From Candidatus Kerfeldbacteria bacterium CG_4_10_14_0_8_um_filter_42_10 (lineage in GTDB: Bacteria > Patescibacteriota > Patescibacteriia > UM-FILTER-42-10): a stretch of DNA of 64,000 bases. Below, in pieces: positions 1 to 10,015 of this stretch. The notes under the pieces were generated by a model, which had not been told where the DNA came from, did no database searches, and was given only the letters and a program-made list of their open reading frames with translations. Position 1 is the first letter of the stretch; each line of letters starts with the position of its first letter. A program made the position numbers and the translations under genes. The stretch is from positions 10,477 to 74,476 of the forward strand of contig PFMD01000002.1 in the NCBI GenBank assembly GCA_002784945.1. Direction: 5' to 3'.

Positions 1-1025
1 AACTTTCGGTTATTCGGTCCCCAAAGAAGGATAAACTGGTTTCTGGCAGCATTGATACTGAGTATCTCGCCGCTTACGCCCTGGGTGCTTACTTTCCAGA
101 TGGAGTTATTTTTTGCCATAACCGCCGTTCTGGTATAATCCGTGTCATTTGATTCCTTTTTCACAAGCAGCGTCAGATTATCTCCGGGAATCCAGGCGCC
201 TAAAGCAATCGGGGCAAAATACTTCTGTCGAAGCCGGGTGACCTCGGTAATGCGGATAGTGTAAACCGCAGGATTTTCATCGGTAGTTCGCACCTTTAAT
301 CTGGTTGGCCCACTGTCGGTGATGACGCTGAGCAAAGTTACATTCATTTTATCTGTTCGCCGCTGCACATAGTTAATCAGTCCGCGCCTTAATACAAATA
401 CCGTCTTGGCTTGAATTATATTAAGAGTAGCGTGCTTTACTCCTCTTCCGCGAACGCGATCGCCTATCTGCAAATCATTGCAGGTTAAATTCTGGTTCGG
501 CGGAACAATTATTTTAGTGACATCCGGCACAAGATCAATCCGGTAATTGGCTCCGTTCCAAAGAAGAGTAATTTTATTATCCTCGCAATTTTTGGCGGTG
601 ATCCATCCGTTTTGGGTGCCGGTGCTTACGCTGTTGATAGAGGTGTTAACTAAAGCATCAGCGTGAATAGTAACATCATCCGTCATGTAGCCATAGATTT
701 TTAAGACATCGCCAACCAGCCATAAAGAAAGATTGGACGATTCTTCGCCGCTACGCGCGATAATGGTACTATCGTCAATTTCGACAATATAATCCATTGT
801 GGTATCGGCACTAAGGTCGCGCACCAGAATACTGGTCGGCACAGTAGTGCTTTCCAGTTCAATCAGACTAACGGTCATTTTTACCGTGGCATCACTTTGG
901 GCATTGGTCAGATCAGCGTTAAGCGGACCGGCGGCATTAGCGACGGCTGTGCCGCTTAATGATAGCAGCAAGGCTATTGCCGATCCACTAATAACGACTA
1001 TGAGTGATTTAATTAAATTAGGCAT
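1..1025 (-). CDS. Exported protein with repeated OB-fold/DUF5666-like units (runs off the left edge)
   Basis: Not in the ORF track (no stop in window). Hand translation from ATG at 1025 gives MPNLIKSLIVVISGSAIALLLSLSGTAVANAAG (signal peptide, A-N-A site). Recurring units LWLVGDVLKIYG / DLQIGDRVRGRG / AWIPGDNLTLLV. Confidence 0.7.
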   Translation of the reverse strand, partial: MPNLIKSLIVVISGSAIALLLSLSGTAVANAAGPLNADLTNAQSDATVKMTVSLIELESTTVPTSILVRDLSADTTMDYIVEIDDSTIIARSGEESSNLSLWLVGDVLKIYGYMTDDVTIHADALVNTSINSVSTGTQNGWITAKNCEDNKITLLWNGANYRIDLVPDVTKIIVPPNQNLTCNDLQIGDRVRGRGVKHATLNIIQAKTVFVLRRGLINYVQRRTDKMNVTLLSVITDSGPTRLKVRTTDENPAVYTIRITEVTRLRQKYFAPIALGAWIPGDNLTLLVKKESNDTDYTRTAVMAKNNSIWKVSTQGVSGEILSINAARNQFILLWGPNNRK

Positions 1026-1123
1026 ATTTTTTGCAATTAATAATTAAATTGCTTAAATTAAGCACTTCATTCAGTAATACAACCCGATAATCAATTTATT
1101 TCACAATAACGAAATATAGCAGG

Positions 1124-1876
1124 CTAGTCAAACAACCCGATTATGGCGCCCTGAGCCGAATATCGCTCTTTATCGCGGCGATAAGAAGAAAGTAGGTCGT
1201 TTTCGCAATAAGTACAAAGGTCGGACTTTTCAATATTCGCTGGCCTGATCCCTTCGTTAATAAGCTGAATTTTGATTGTTTGGGAAAGATCCACAAACAA
1301 GCGGTTTTTTTTAACGAAGGATGCGTTATTTTCAAAAGAACGACCGAACCGATCAAAAACAGCCTTTTTCACTTCAAAATGACAGCGTTGTAAACCCGGA
1401 CCGATAAACACCTTGATATCCTTCGGGTTACTGCCTGCCTTCTTTTGGAAAATTGCCACCATTTGTCTATTAATGCCGGCTAAAATTCCTCGCCAGCCCG
1501 CATGCGCTAATCCGACACATTCTTTTTTGGGATCAAAATAAAAAACCGGGAAGCAATCCGCGGTAGTGATCATCAAATAAATATTTTTTTCATTGGTAAT
1601 CAATCCATCATAAAAGGAAGTGAGAGCAGATTGGGCTAGCGATCCTTTGCCCATCTTTTTTCTACTTACCCACAGAATTTTATTTTTATGATTTAAAGAA
1701 ATATTTACAACCTGACGACTGGGTATTTTTAAACTAGAATAAAATTTAGTTCTGTTTTTTCTAGTGATTTTTTTATTAATCAAAGGGTGTTGAAAAGAAA
1801 GATTGCCGAATTGCTTTGTAGAAAACGCTATTTTTAGATTCGGAAAACGAGACAGCGTTCGTGAATGAAATATCAT
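1124..1876 (-). CDS. pgeF: Peptidoglycan editing factor / purine nucleoside phosphorylase, YfiH/PgeF family
   Basis: Motifs DGLIT, TADCFPV, AHAGWRG, IGPG, CTYC..SYRR; adjacent to mraY. Confidence 0.9.
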   Translation of the reverse strand: MIFHSRTLSRFPNLKIAFSTKQFGNLSFQHPLINKKITRKNRTKFYSSLKIPSRQVVNISLNHKNKILWVSRKKMGKGSLAQSALTSFYDGLITNEKNIYLMITTADCFPVFYFDPKKECVGLAHAGWRGILAGINRQMVAIFQKKAGSNPKDIKVFIGPGLQRCHFEVKKAVFDRFGRSFENNASFVKKNRLFVDLSQTIKIQLINEGIRPANIEKSDLCTYCENDLLSSYRRDKERYSAQGAIIGLFD

Positions 1877-2946
1877 ATTTGCGATCGGTCAATCAGCACT
1901 ACGATTATTCCTAAAACAGCCATTACGGCAGAAATTATCCAAAAGCGCATTACGATTTTTGATTCCGGCCAGCCGATTGCTTCTAGATGATGATGGATTG
2001 GCGCTGAAATAAAAACCTTTTTTCCCTTCCTTAATTTCTTAGAACCAATCTGAACAATTACCGAGAATGATTCTACCACTAAAATAAATCCGATAATCGG
2101 CAGAATAAACGCCGAATTGGTTAACATCGCCACTATCCCTAAGGTTGTTCCTAGCGCCATTGCTCCGGTATCTCCCATGAAAAAACGGGCGGGCGGAATA
2201 TTAAACCATAAAAACGCCAGCAAACTGCCGACGATTACTGTGCAAAACGCCGCCAGATTCATTTTACCCAAGATAAGCGCGATGGCGGCAAAAGCGCCAA
2301 ATGATGAGAGCAGCACCCCGCCGGCCAGACCATCTAAACCGTCCGTTTCATTTACTGAAAATGATGTTGCTACGATGACAAAAATAAAAATGGGAATATA
2401 CCACCAGCCTATGGCGAAATCTCCCATAAACGGAACATGAATAATATCCCAATCCAGTTTAAAGAAAAACCAGTAAGCGCCAAATGCGGCAATTATGGTA
2501 TAAAGCAACAATCGGTGCTTAACGGTTAATCCGCCGATGCCTTTAGTTCCTACACTTTTAATATTAAAAAGGTCGTCCAATAATCCGACCAAAGCTGAGG
2601 CCACTAAGGCGCCCAGCGGCAATAAGGTTTCGGAACGAGTGAGAAAGTTAAGTTTGTGGAAAAAGGGAACCCCGGTGTATTTGCCCAAATAATAAAAAAT
2701 GACGGCGAGCGCCAAAATGGTAAACCATATTAAGATTCCGCCCATCGTCGGGGTGCCCGATTTTTTCTTGTGCAGCTTCGAATATATTGGCGCTGCTTCA
2801 CTGGAACGAATTTGCTTCCCCAGTTTATATTTATAAAGAAAGTGAGTCAGAATCGGCGTCAGTAAAATTGAGATGATAAATGAAACCGTTCCAAGGAATA
2901 GTATTTTAATAATGTCGAAACTGACGGAAAAATTCATATATTTCAA
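1873..2946 (-). CDS. mraY: Phospho-N-acetylmuramoyl-pentapeptide transferase
   Basis: KSGTPTMGG, GLLDD, NETDGLDGL, FMGDTG, APIHHH motifs; polytopic membrane protein. Confidence 0.97.
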   Translation of the reverse strand: MKYMNFSVSFDIIKILFLGTVSFIISILLTPILTHFLYKYKLGKQIRSSEAAPIYSKLHKKKSGTPTMGGILIWFTILALAVIFYYLGKYTGVPFFHKLNFLTRSETLLPLGALVASALVGLLDDLFNIKSVGTKGIGGLTVKHRLLLYTIIAAFGAYWFFFKLDWDIIHVPFMGDFAIGWWYIPIFIFVIVATSFSVNETDGLDGLAGGVLLSSFGAFAAIALILGKMNLAAFCTVIVGSLLAFLWFNIPPARFFMGDTGAMALGTTLGIVAMLTNSAFILPIIGFILVVESFSVIVQIGSKKLRKGKKVFISAPIHHHLEAIGWPESKIVMRFWIISAVMAVLGIIVVLIDRSQI

Positions 2947-3320
2947 ATATTAATCAAAATAACCAAAATTGCTGCCAGTGCCAATAACATTTGAATAAGG
3001 GCGGTAAACCCGATAATTAAGTAGGAGAGAACTTTTTTTTCCGAATATATTATAGCACTTACCAGATAGTTTACTAGAATAATGATCAGCCCGCTCAAAG
3101 AAATAAAATACACCTTATACCATTCTCCGATTAGATCGATGCCAAAGTAGATGTTATAATGGAGCGAGACCGGCTCGCTATTCGGAATAATAAAAAAGTA
3201 AATTAAACCCCAGATTCCGATATTAAGAAATATCGAAAACAGCAAATTAAGGGAAAAGAATTTACTTCTTAACGGTTCTCTAAAATTGCTGATCAGCTTA
3301 CGAATAGACAAGCGGGGCAT
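2943..3320 (-). CDS. Small 3-TM membrane protein (DUF1648-like)
   Basis: LHYNIYFGID.IG.W motif, hydrophobic helices, 4-bp overlap with mraY. ATG at 3320 preferred over the track start 3338. Confidence 0.7.
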   Translation of the reverse strand: MPRLSIRKLISNFREPLRSKFFSLNLLFSIFLNIGIWGLIYFFIIPNSEPVSLHYNIYFGIDLIGEWYKVYFISLSGLIIILVNYLVSAIIYSEKKVLSYLIIGFTALIQMLLALAAILVILINI

Positions 3321-3345
3321 AGTGAATTTATTTAGCAATCAATTG

Positions 3346-5226
3346 ATGATTAAAAAGGGGTCATGGTTTTCTAAATTCTCCATCATTATTCCAGTGGCAG
3401 CGCTGCTGGGAGTGATGTTATTATTGGAATTTACTTCGGCGCTCCAAGAAAGTCAAACTGTTGACGAGGGAGCGCACTTATCAAGCGGCTATTCTTATTT
3501 AAAGACCGGCGACTTTAGAATGAATCCGGAACATCCTCCCCTGCTTAAGGAAATCAGCGCTTTCCCATTGCTCTTTCTTAATTTAGACGATCCTATTAAT
3601 CACGAATCCTGGAACACCTACAACCAATGGGACTTTGGCAGAAATTTCTTATATCATAACCGGGCTGACGCCGATTTGATTCTTTTGATGGGAAGAATTC
3701 CGGTGATGCTATTAAGTTTAATACTTGGGATATTTATCTTCAAGTGGGCTAAGCAGCTGTGGGGAAACACCGCCGCGCTTTTTTCTTTGACGCTTTATGT
3801 TTTTGAACCGAATATTCTGGCTCATTCTCGATATGTCACAACGGATTTAGCGCTAACCTTATTCCTTTTTTTAACAATCTATGCGCTCGACCGCTATTTA
3901 CAGACCTATTCTCGAAAAGACTTGATAATTTTGGCAGTTTTGTTCGCTCTCGCTCAAGTAACTAAATTTTCCGCGGTTATACTTTTTCCGATACTAATTG
4001 TTCTTTTACTTTTGAAAAAATTTCATTCGCCGCCAGGCAAATTGACATACCGCAAAATTTCCCTAATAACTGCTTTTGTCGTATTGATAACGGGCGCCGC
4101 CATTTTGCTGGCTTATGGTTTTCAAACAAAGCGGCCAATTGACGACAGAAACATCAAGGAATATTTTGAAAAGCAATCCGCGGTGACTGATTTATCCGAT
4201 TATTCTGATGAACCATTTTTGGCCAGGAAATTATTGACTTTTACCAATCCTTCCACCGCGAGTGGAAAAATTATTTACGAATTAGCTCAAAAAATTCCCG
4301 TTCCCGCTTTCTACTATTTTAGAGGGTTGGGATTGTTGATTGCTCACGACTTTTGGGGCCATCTTTCCTACCTTTTCGGACGCTACTCCGATTTTGGCTT
4401 TTGGTATTATTTTCCGTCCACCTTTTTGTTAAAAACATCCGCTCCGCTTTTGTTGTTGTTTTTTAGCGGCATTTGCTTATTCTCCGCCAAGCTCTTAAAA
4501 ACAGTCTTTTGCTCGGATAATGAATCCCCCTCTAAAATTGACATTATTAAAAAGCGGCCGTTATTAAAATTAAAAAATAGAATTCAGAAAAAATTAAATA
4601 ATTTTGCTATTTTTTTCCGAAAAATACCATTTACTTACTGGTTACTCATTCTAACCCCCCTGGCATATTTTTTGTGGGCGTTGACCAGCAAGATAAACAT
4701 TGGCCACCGCCATATTTTGCCGATCTACCCTTTTATAATTATCTTGGTGGGTAGCTTGGTTACGATTAAAACGCGCTGGCGAAAAACTGGCAAGATTTTT
4801 TTAACCGTACTTTTAACTTTATATGTTGCTTCCACTATTAGAATTTATCCTAATTTCTTGGCGTATTTCAACGAATTAGTCGGCGGTCCTCAAAAAGGAC
4901 CAAAATATCTGGTGGATTCTAATATCGATTGGGGTCAGGATATTTTAAAGCTAAAACATTATTTAGAAAAAAACGATATCGCTGAGGTATACCTGGGATT
5001 TTTAGGTTCTCTGGATATTAACTATTATAATTTCAATCGAAAGGCAATTCCTAAAGATAAAGATAAGAATCAAATCAGGGATTTTAACGGAGTCGTAGCG
5101 ATTAGTGTAACGGTATTGTACGAGCAAGACCGTTCTTACGCCTGGATAGAAAGACTGGAACCGGATGCTAAGATTGGTTATTCCATCTATGTTTATGATT
5201 TAAGGAAGAATAAAATCAGCTTGTAG
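3346..5226 (+). CDS. GT-C fold membrane glycosyltransferase (ArnT/PMT_2, GT39/GT83-like)
   Basis: TVDEGAH, NPEHPPL, DSNIDWGQD motifs; many TM helices. ATG at 3346 preferred over the track start 3286. Confidence 0.85.
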   Translation: MIKKGSWFSKFSIIIPVAALLGVMLLLEFTSALQESQTVDEGAHLSSGYSYLKTGDFRMNPEHPPLLKEISAFPLLFLNLDDPINHESWNTYNQWDFGRNFLYHNRADADLILLMGRIPVMLLSLILGIFIFKWAKQLWGNTAALFSLTLYVFEPNILAHSRYVTTDLALTLFLFLTIYALDRYLQTYSRKDLIILAVLFALAQVTKFSAVILFPILIVLLLLKKFHSPPGKLTYRKISLITAFVVLITGAAILLAYGFQTKRPIDDRNIKEYFEKQSAVTDLSDYSDEPFLARKLLTFTNPSTASGKIIYELAQKIPVPAFYYFRGLGLLIAHDFWGHLSYLFGRYSDFGFWYYFPSTFLLKTSAPLLLLFFSGICLFSAKLLKTVFCSDNESPSKIDIIKKRPLLKLKNRIQKKLNNFAIFFRKIPFTYWLLILTPLAYFLWALTSKINIGHRHILPIYPFIIILVGSLVTIKTRWRKTGKIFLTVLLTLYVASTIRIYPNFLAYFNELVGGPQKGPKYLVDSNIDWGQDILKLKHYLEKNDIAEVYLGFLGSLDINYYNFNRKAIPKDKDKNQIRDFNGVVAISVTVLYEQDRSYAWIERLEPDAKIGYSIYVYDLRKNKISL

Positions 5227-5318
5227 GAAGTAGCTTGTAGGAAGTAGCTTGTTAGAATTTCTAAAAAACTGAGAAGCTACCAGCTAAAAAGCTAAGAAGC
5301 TAATAAGCTAAAAGCTAA
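5218..5318. repeat. Inverted TAGCT-core short-repeat array, copy 1
   Basis: Left arm agcttgtaggaagt x2 plus agctt, centre ttagaatttctaa, right arm (aaagctaa/gaagctaa/taagctaa)n. Related to 26775-26858 and 29981-30081. Confidence 0.85.
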
Positions 5319-5335
5319 TTTCCTAATATTTTACT

Positions 5336-5364
5336 TTGACATTTTGATGTTTCTGTGATATAAT
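5336..5364 (+). promoter_or_regulatory. Consensus sigma70 promoter of the pilB operon
   Basis: TTGACA (5336-5341), 17 bp spacer, TATAAT (5359-5364), with extended -10 TG. Confidence 0.8.
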
Positions 5365-5365
5365 T

Positions 5366-5490
5366 TGAGAGCATTAAATAGTCCGAAACGCTCTCATCTT
5401 GAGCGGAGCGAAGAATCTAACCTTGTTACAGTATTAGCGGCCCTCATATTATTCTGGCCGGTAAAATTGTTGAGTGATTCTATAATTTCA
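5366..5490. repeat. Structured REP/REPIN-like dumbbell element, copy A (in the pilB 5' leader)
   Basis: tgagagcatt...aacgctctca hairpin, tcttgagcggagcgaagaatct, cggcc..ggccg stem, terminal hairpin; homologous to 29319-29440. Confidence 0.75.
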
Positions 5491-5520
5491 ATTTAGCCAA
5501 TTCAGAACCATATTTTTTCT

Positions 5521-7251
5521 ATGTTAGAAGAAAAACAAATTGAGCAATTACTGCTTGATAATCAGATTCTTACAGAAAATGAAATAAAAAAATCCAAGAG
5601 CGAGGCGTCCGCCCAGAATAAGCCCTGGAAGGAGTATCTGCACAAGGAAAAAATCATAAACGAGGAAGCGCTTTTCGATCTATACGCCAAATCACTCCAA
5701 GTTCCTTTTGTTAATCTGGAAAATGTTACCATCCGAAAAGACATTCTAAACCTGATACCAGAAACAATCGCCGAGACCCACAAGGTTATTGCCTTTGATC
5801 AAAATGATTTAGAAATAAAAATCGCCTCTCTAGACCCAAGTGATCTAGAGATTTTTGATTTTATAAAAAAGAAAACGGGAAAAACGGTGAAGATTTATCT
5901 AACCACGCCCGTTATGCTTCAAGAGGCCTTAAAACAATATCATAAAGGTCTTAAGGCAACGGTTGATGAAATCACCCACGAAGAAAAAGATGAAGAAGGA
6001 GCTTCCGAAAAGGGGGTGTTAAAAAAACTGGCGCGCGATCTTCCGGTAATAAGAATTGTTGATACTATTTTAGAATACGCTATTTTTGAGGATGCTTCCG
6101 ATATCCATATCGAACCAACGGAGAAAGAAATAATCGTGCGATATCGAATTGACGGAGTGCTACGCGATGCCATGACTTTACCGAAACAGATTCATTCGGG
6201 AATTGTCGCTAGAATAAAAATACTTTCAAACCTAAAATTAGATGAGCATCGCCTTCCCCAAGACGGCAGATTCAAAATAAAAAATAAGGAATATAATGTT
6301 TCCTTCCGGGTGTCGATTATTCCTGTTTTTGACGGTGAAAAAATAGTACTGCGGTTATTAGATGAGACATCCCAAATTCTGACTTTAGAGCAACTGGGAT
6401 TTTTACCAAATCCGCTGAAAATAATAAAAAATGCCATTAAGAAACCCCATGGGATGATTCTGGTGACCGGGCCGACCGGTTCAGGAAAAACAACTACGCT
6501 TTATACGATTATGAATATGCTGAACAGTCCTAAAGTTAATATTTCCACGATTGAGGACCCTATCGAATACCGAATGATCAGAATCAATCAGACTCAGGTG
6601 AACCCCAAAATCGGGTTGACTTTTGCCCATGGGCTAAGGGCATTGCTGCGCCAAGATCCCAATATCATAATGATTGGCGAAATCAGGGATAATGAAACTG
6701 CGGAAATTGGCGTACATTCCGCCATGACCGGACACCTTGTTTTATCCACGCTCCATACCAACGATGCGGTGAGCGCCATACCACGACTGACCGAGATGAA
6801 TATACCCCCTTTCTTAATTGCCTCGACCACTAATTTGATAATGGCCCAAAGACTGGTAAGAAAAATCTGCATCCATTGCATTGAGAGCTACGAATTGACT
6901 AAGACAAATGTTAAAAGGCTGGAAGAACAACTGGATTTTGAAAATATTTTAGAGGTTCTAGAACGAGAAAATGCCATTGATTCGGCAAAAACCATTACTC
7001 CCCTTCTTTTTTATCGCGGTCATGGCTGTAAGGAATGCAACCACGAAGGTTATAAGGGAAGAATCGGAATATACGAAATGATGGCAGTCGATAAAGAAGT
7101 TGCTAATTTGATCATAAATAAGGCAAATCCTGAAAAACTGGAAGAGCAGGCAAAAAAGCAAGGAATGATTACCATGATTCAAGACGGGTTTATTAAGGCT
7201 AAAAATGGCATAACGACAATTGAGGAAGTTTTAAGAGTAACCAAGGAATAA
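5521..7251 (+). CDS. pilB: Type IV pilus assembly ATPase PilB/GspE
   Basis: ASDIHIEP, RLPQDGR, Walker A GPTGSGKTT, EDPIEY, LRQDPNIIMIGEIRD, TGHLVLSTLHTN, CxxC...CxxC. Confidence 0.95.
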   Translation: MLEEKQIEQLLLDNQILTENEIKKSKSEASAQNKPWKEYLHKEKIINEEALFDLYAKSLQVPFVNLENVTIRKDILNLIPETIAETHKVIAFDQNDLEIKIASLDPSDLEIFDFIKKKTGKTVKIYLTTPVMLQEALKQYHKGLKATVDEITHEEKDEEGASEKGVLKKLARDLPVIRIVDTILEYAIFEDASDIHIEPTEKEIIVRYRIDGVLRDAMTLPKQIHSGIVARIKILSNLKLDEHRLPQDGRFKIKNKEYNVSFRVSIIPVFDGEKIVLRLLDETSQILTLEQLGFLPNPLKIIKNAIKKPHGMILVTGPTGSGKTTTLYTIMNMLNSPKVNISTIEDPIEYRMIRINQTQVNPKIGLTFAHGLRALLRQDPNIIMIGEIRDNETAEIGVHSAMTGHLVLSTLHTNDAVSAIPRLTEMNIPPFLIASTTNLIMAQRLVRKICIHCIESYELTKTNVKRLEEQLDFENILEVLERENAIDSAKTITPLLFYRGHGCKECNHEGYKGRIGIYEMMAVDKEVANLIINKANPEKLEEQAKKQGMITMIQDGFIKAKNGITTIEEVLRVTKE

Positions 7252-7255
7252 TAAA

Positions 7256-8353
7256 ATGGAAAAGAAAAATAAAGAGCAATCGTCAAAAAACAAATTGAGT
7301 TTTATGAAAAGGCACGCCCGAATAACTTTGGTTAATAAGCTCTTTTTTACGCAACAGCTAGAAGTGATGGCTCGTACCGGGTTTTCGCTTTCCCGGGCCT
7401 TAGAAACGATTAGCCTGCAAATGGAAAATAGGCGCTTTAAGCAAATCATCGAGAATATGAAAGCAATTGTGGAAAAAGGCTCCCCCCTGTCAAAGGCGGC
7501 GTCGGAATACCCTAAAGTTTTTTCGGAAACATTTGTTAGTATGGTGGCAGCTGGGGAATCAAGTGGTAAATTGGACGAGGCGCTTAAAAGATTAACCATT
7601 CAGCTGAAAAAATCCCACGAGATTAGAACCAAGATTAAGAATGCTTTAACCTACCCCGCCATTGTTTTAATCGCCATGGTGGCGATCGGAATCGCCATGC
7701 TAATTTTTGTCTTACCCAAGATTACCGCCATCTATGAGGAATCAGGAACGAAATTACCCCTACCAACCAGAGTCTTGATCGGAACTTCCGATTTTATTAT
7801 TGCTAACGGAATTTACATCTCGATACTTATCATTGTCCTAATCATCGCGTTGTTACGCTATGTCAAAACACCGCGTGGGAAAAAACTTTTTCACAAAATA
7901 TTATTGGTACTGCCGATTGTTGGTCCAATAATTAGAAAAATAAATCTGGCTAATTTTTCCAGAAGCCTTAGTTCATTACTGCAGACCGATATTCCCATCG
8001 TCGAGACATTCAAAATTATCTCTAGAACATCGAGCAATATCTACTATAAAGAGTACTTGGCGAATGCGGCGGAAGAGTTAAAAAAAGGCGTATCGGTCAA
8101 AAATATCCTGGAAAAAGATCGTACTCTTTTTCCTCCTTTAATTACTCAAATAATTAACATCGGGGAAGAGTCCGGCACTCTTGATACAATTTCCGAAGAA
8201 ATAGCAAATTTTTACGAAGAAGAAGTGTCACAGACAATGGCAAACCTTGCTACCATTATTGAACCGGTCTTAATGCTCATTTTAGGAGTAGGCGTAGGGG
8301 CGATTGCCGTTGCCGTAGTAATGCCCATGTATTCACTGGTTAATACAATTTAA
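7256..8353 (+). CDS. pilC: Type IV pilus platform protein PilC/GspF
   Basis: Two T2SSF repeats (GESSGKLD / GEESGTLD), ALTYP, IIEP. Confidence 0.93.
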   Translation: MEKKNKEQSSKNKLSFMKRHARITLVNKLFFTQQLEVMARTGFSLSRALETISLQMENRRFKQIIENMKAIVEKGSPLSKAASEYPKVFSETFVSMVAAGESSGKLDEALKRLTIQLKKSHEIRTKIKNALTYPAIVLIAMVAIGIAMLIFVLPKITAIYEESGTKLPLPTRVLIGTSDFIIANGIYISILIIVLIIALLRYVKTPRGKKLFHKILLVLPIVGPIIRKINLANFSRSLSSLLQTDIPIVETFKIISRTSSNIYYKEYLANAAEELKKGVSVKNILEKDRTLFPPLITQIINIGEESGTLDTISEEIANFYEEEVSQTMANLATIIEPVLMLILGVGVGAIAVAVVMPMYSLVNTI

Positions 8354-8358
8354 TCTCT

Positions 8359-8387
8359 TTGACCAGTTGAGAAATAATCTTTAGAAT
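8359..8387 (+). promoter_or_regulatory. Putative sigma70 promoter upstream of pilM
   Basis: TTGACC, 17 bp, TAGAAT. Confidence 0.55.
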
Positions 8388-8412
8388 TAATAAATGAATA
8401 TTAATTAGCAAC

Positions 8413-9465
8413 ATGTTTGGATTAGATATCAGTGATCGGACTTTACGGGCCGCTTCTCTAGTCAGAAGAGGCAAAAATTTTTTGATTAATTCCATAAATG
8501 AAATTGATCTTCCCAGCGGTCTGATTAAGGACGGGGAGATTTTGAAATCAGAAGCAATCGTTCCCTACTTAAAGAAACTAATTCAAAGCGCTAGTCCTCA
8601 TAAAATCAAAAGCAAAGAAGTGGTTGCCTGCCTGCCTGAACGCCAGAGTTTTATCAAGGTTATTCGAGTTTCCAAAAAAGAATTACAACCATCGCCAGAA
8701 ACAATTAAATCTGAGGTGGCGAATCATATCCCCTTCCCTATCGATGAAATGTACCTGGATTGGCAAGTTATTAATGATGAGCCAAATGCTAATGCCGGAA
8801 AGCAATATGTTCTAGTGGGAGCAGTTCCTAAAAATATTGTTCACACCTATCAAGAGACGCTGAAACTGGCAAATTTAATTCCGATTGTCTTGGAAATTGA
8901 ATCGGTCGCCATTACCCGAGCGCTACTCCCGCTTGATCAAAAAAAGGACTCAGAGGGCGCCTTAATAATAGATTTAGGTCTTGATCGGACAAGCTTTATA
9001 ATATTTGACCGAAATTTAGTGCAATTTACCTCTGGCATCACCGACATTTCCGGCAATCGTTTGACTACAATGATCAGCGAAACACTTTCTCTCTCTGAAA
9101 CTGAAGCAGAAAAGGCGAAAAAATTAGCGGGGTTTAATCCTAAAATTGGAAAAGGGAAGGTGCGATCCGCGTTGAATACCGCCTTGATCGATTTAATAAA
9201 AAATGTGGGGGGAATAATTGATTTCTATCGCGAGCACTACCCCGAAGGCAACCTGATAAAAAAAATAATTTTAACGGGCGGGGGATCTAATTTGAAGCTG
9301 ATTGATCAAATTTTATCTAATTCCTTAAAGTTAAAAGTTCAGAGGGGCGATTCTCTGATCAACGTGGAAAAAAAGAACGTCGCTTTCTTAAATCCCGAGA
9401 ATCAGGTTTCTTTTGCCACTAGTATTGGCTTAGCGTTACGTGCAACAAAAAATGATTACTCTTAA
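8413..9465 (+). CDS. pilM: Type IV pilus assembly protein PilM (actin-like)
   Basis: FGLDIS, HIPF..DEMYLDW, IIDLG, LTGGGS, IGLALR. Confidence 0.92.
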   Translation: MFGLDISDRTLRAASLVRRGKNFLINSINEIDLPSGLIKDGEILKSEAIVPYLKKLIQSASPHKIKSKEVVACLPERQSFIKVIRVSKKELQPSPETIKSEVANHIPFPIDEMYLDWQVINDEPNANAGKQYVLVGAVPKNIVHTYQETLKLANLIPIVLEIESVAITRALLPLDQKKDSEGALIIDLGLDRTSFIIFDRNLVQFTSGITDISGNRLTTMISETLSLSETEAEKAKKLAGFNPKIGKGKVRSALNTALIDLIKNVGGIIDFYREHYPEGNLIKKIILTGGGSNLKLIDQILSNSLKLKVQRGDSLINVEKKNVAFLNPENQVSFATSIGLALRATKNDYS

Positions 9466-10015
9466 CCTCATTTCGCCAATTCAAAAGGAAGCAAATCGCT
9501 TCCAACAAAGTTACTCCTTGGTAAAAAGAATTACCGTTCTTTTTATGGCCGTTTCGTTAATTGTTATCGCGTTGTTATTTGTTGGTGAAACTCTGCTAGA
9601 GAAGAAATTGGACAGCATCACCCAAGAAACCCTCGCCTTAAAGAAGAATATTGAAAAAGAAGAGTCGATTGATTTAGAGCAATCCGTAAAGGATTTTAAC
9701 AAATTATTGATCGACATCAGCAAGGTTCAATCAGAATATATAAATTGGTCGCAAGAAGTGAACAAGATATCGTCCTTGGTGCCTTCAGGGATTAGGCTCT
9801 CTTCTTTTGTCATGCAAAAAGACAGCTCCGATTTCAAATTTGCCGGCAAAGCCGCCACTCGTGAAGCTTTACTGAATTTCAAGACCAATTTGGAGAATTC
9901 TGATTTCTTTACGGAGATTCAATCGCCAATTTCCAACCTCCTTACTAAAGAAAACATTAACTTTGAATTGAGCGGAAAATTAGTATTTGATCAAAGCAAT
10001 TCGGGAAATCAATGA
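9452..10015 (+). CDS. pilN: PilN-like protein
   Basis: ITLNLI N-terminus (INLL-like), single TM, coiled coil, PilN core (P.GIRL...G.A); follows pilM. Confidence 0.8.
   Translation: MITLNLISPIQKEANRFQQSYSLVKRITVLFMAVSLIVIALLFVGETLLEKKLDSITQETLALKKNIEKEESIDLEQSVKDFNKLLIDISKVQSEYINWSQEVNKISSLVPSGIRLSSFVMQKDSSDFKFAGKAATREALLNFKTNLENSDFFTEIQSPISNLLTKENINFELSGKLVFDQSNSGNQ

Noticed and set aside
799-1047. 82-aa plus-strand ORF, and the many short antisense ORFs in the track (e.g. 2117-2440, 7231-7599, 15606-16193)
   Set aside because: Shadows of well-supported genes on the opposite strand or in another frame
5218-5318. Short repeat arrays (also 25523-25732, 26775-26858, 29981-30081) as CRISPR arrays
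   Set aside because: Units are 7-14 bp, contiguous, without unique spacers; no cas genes in the window
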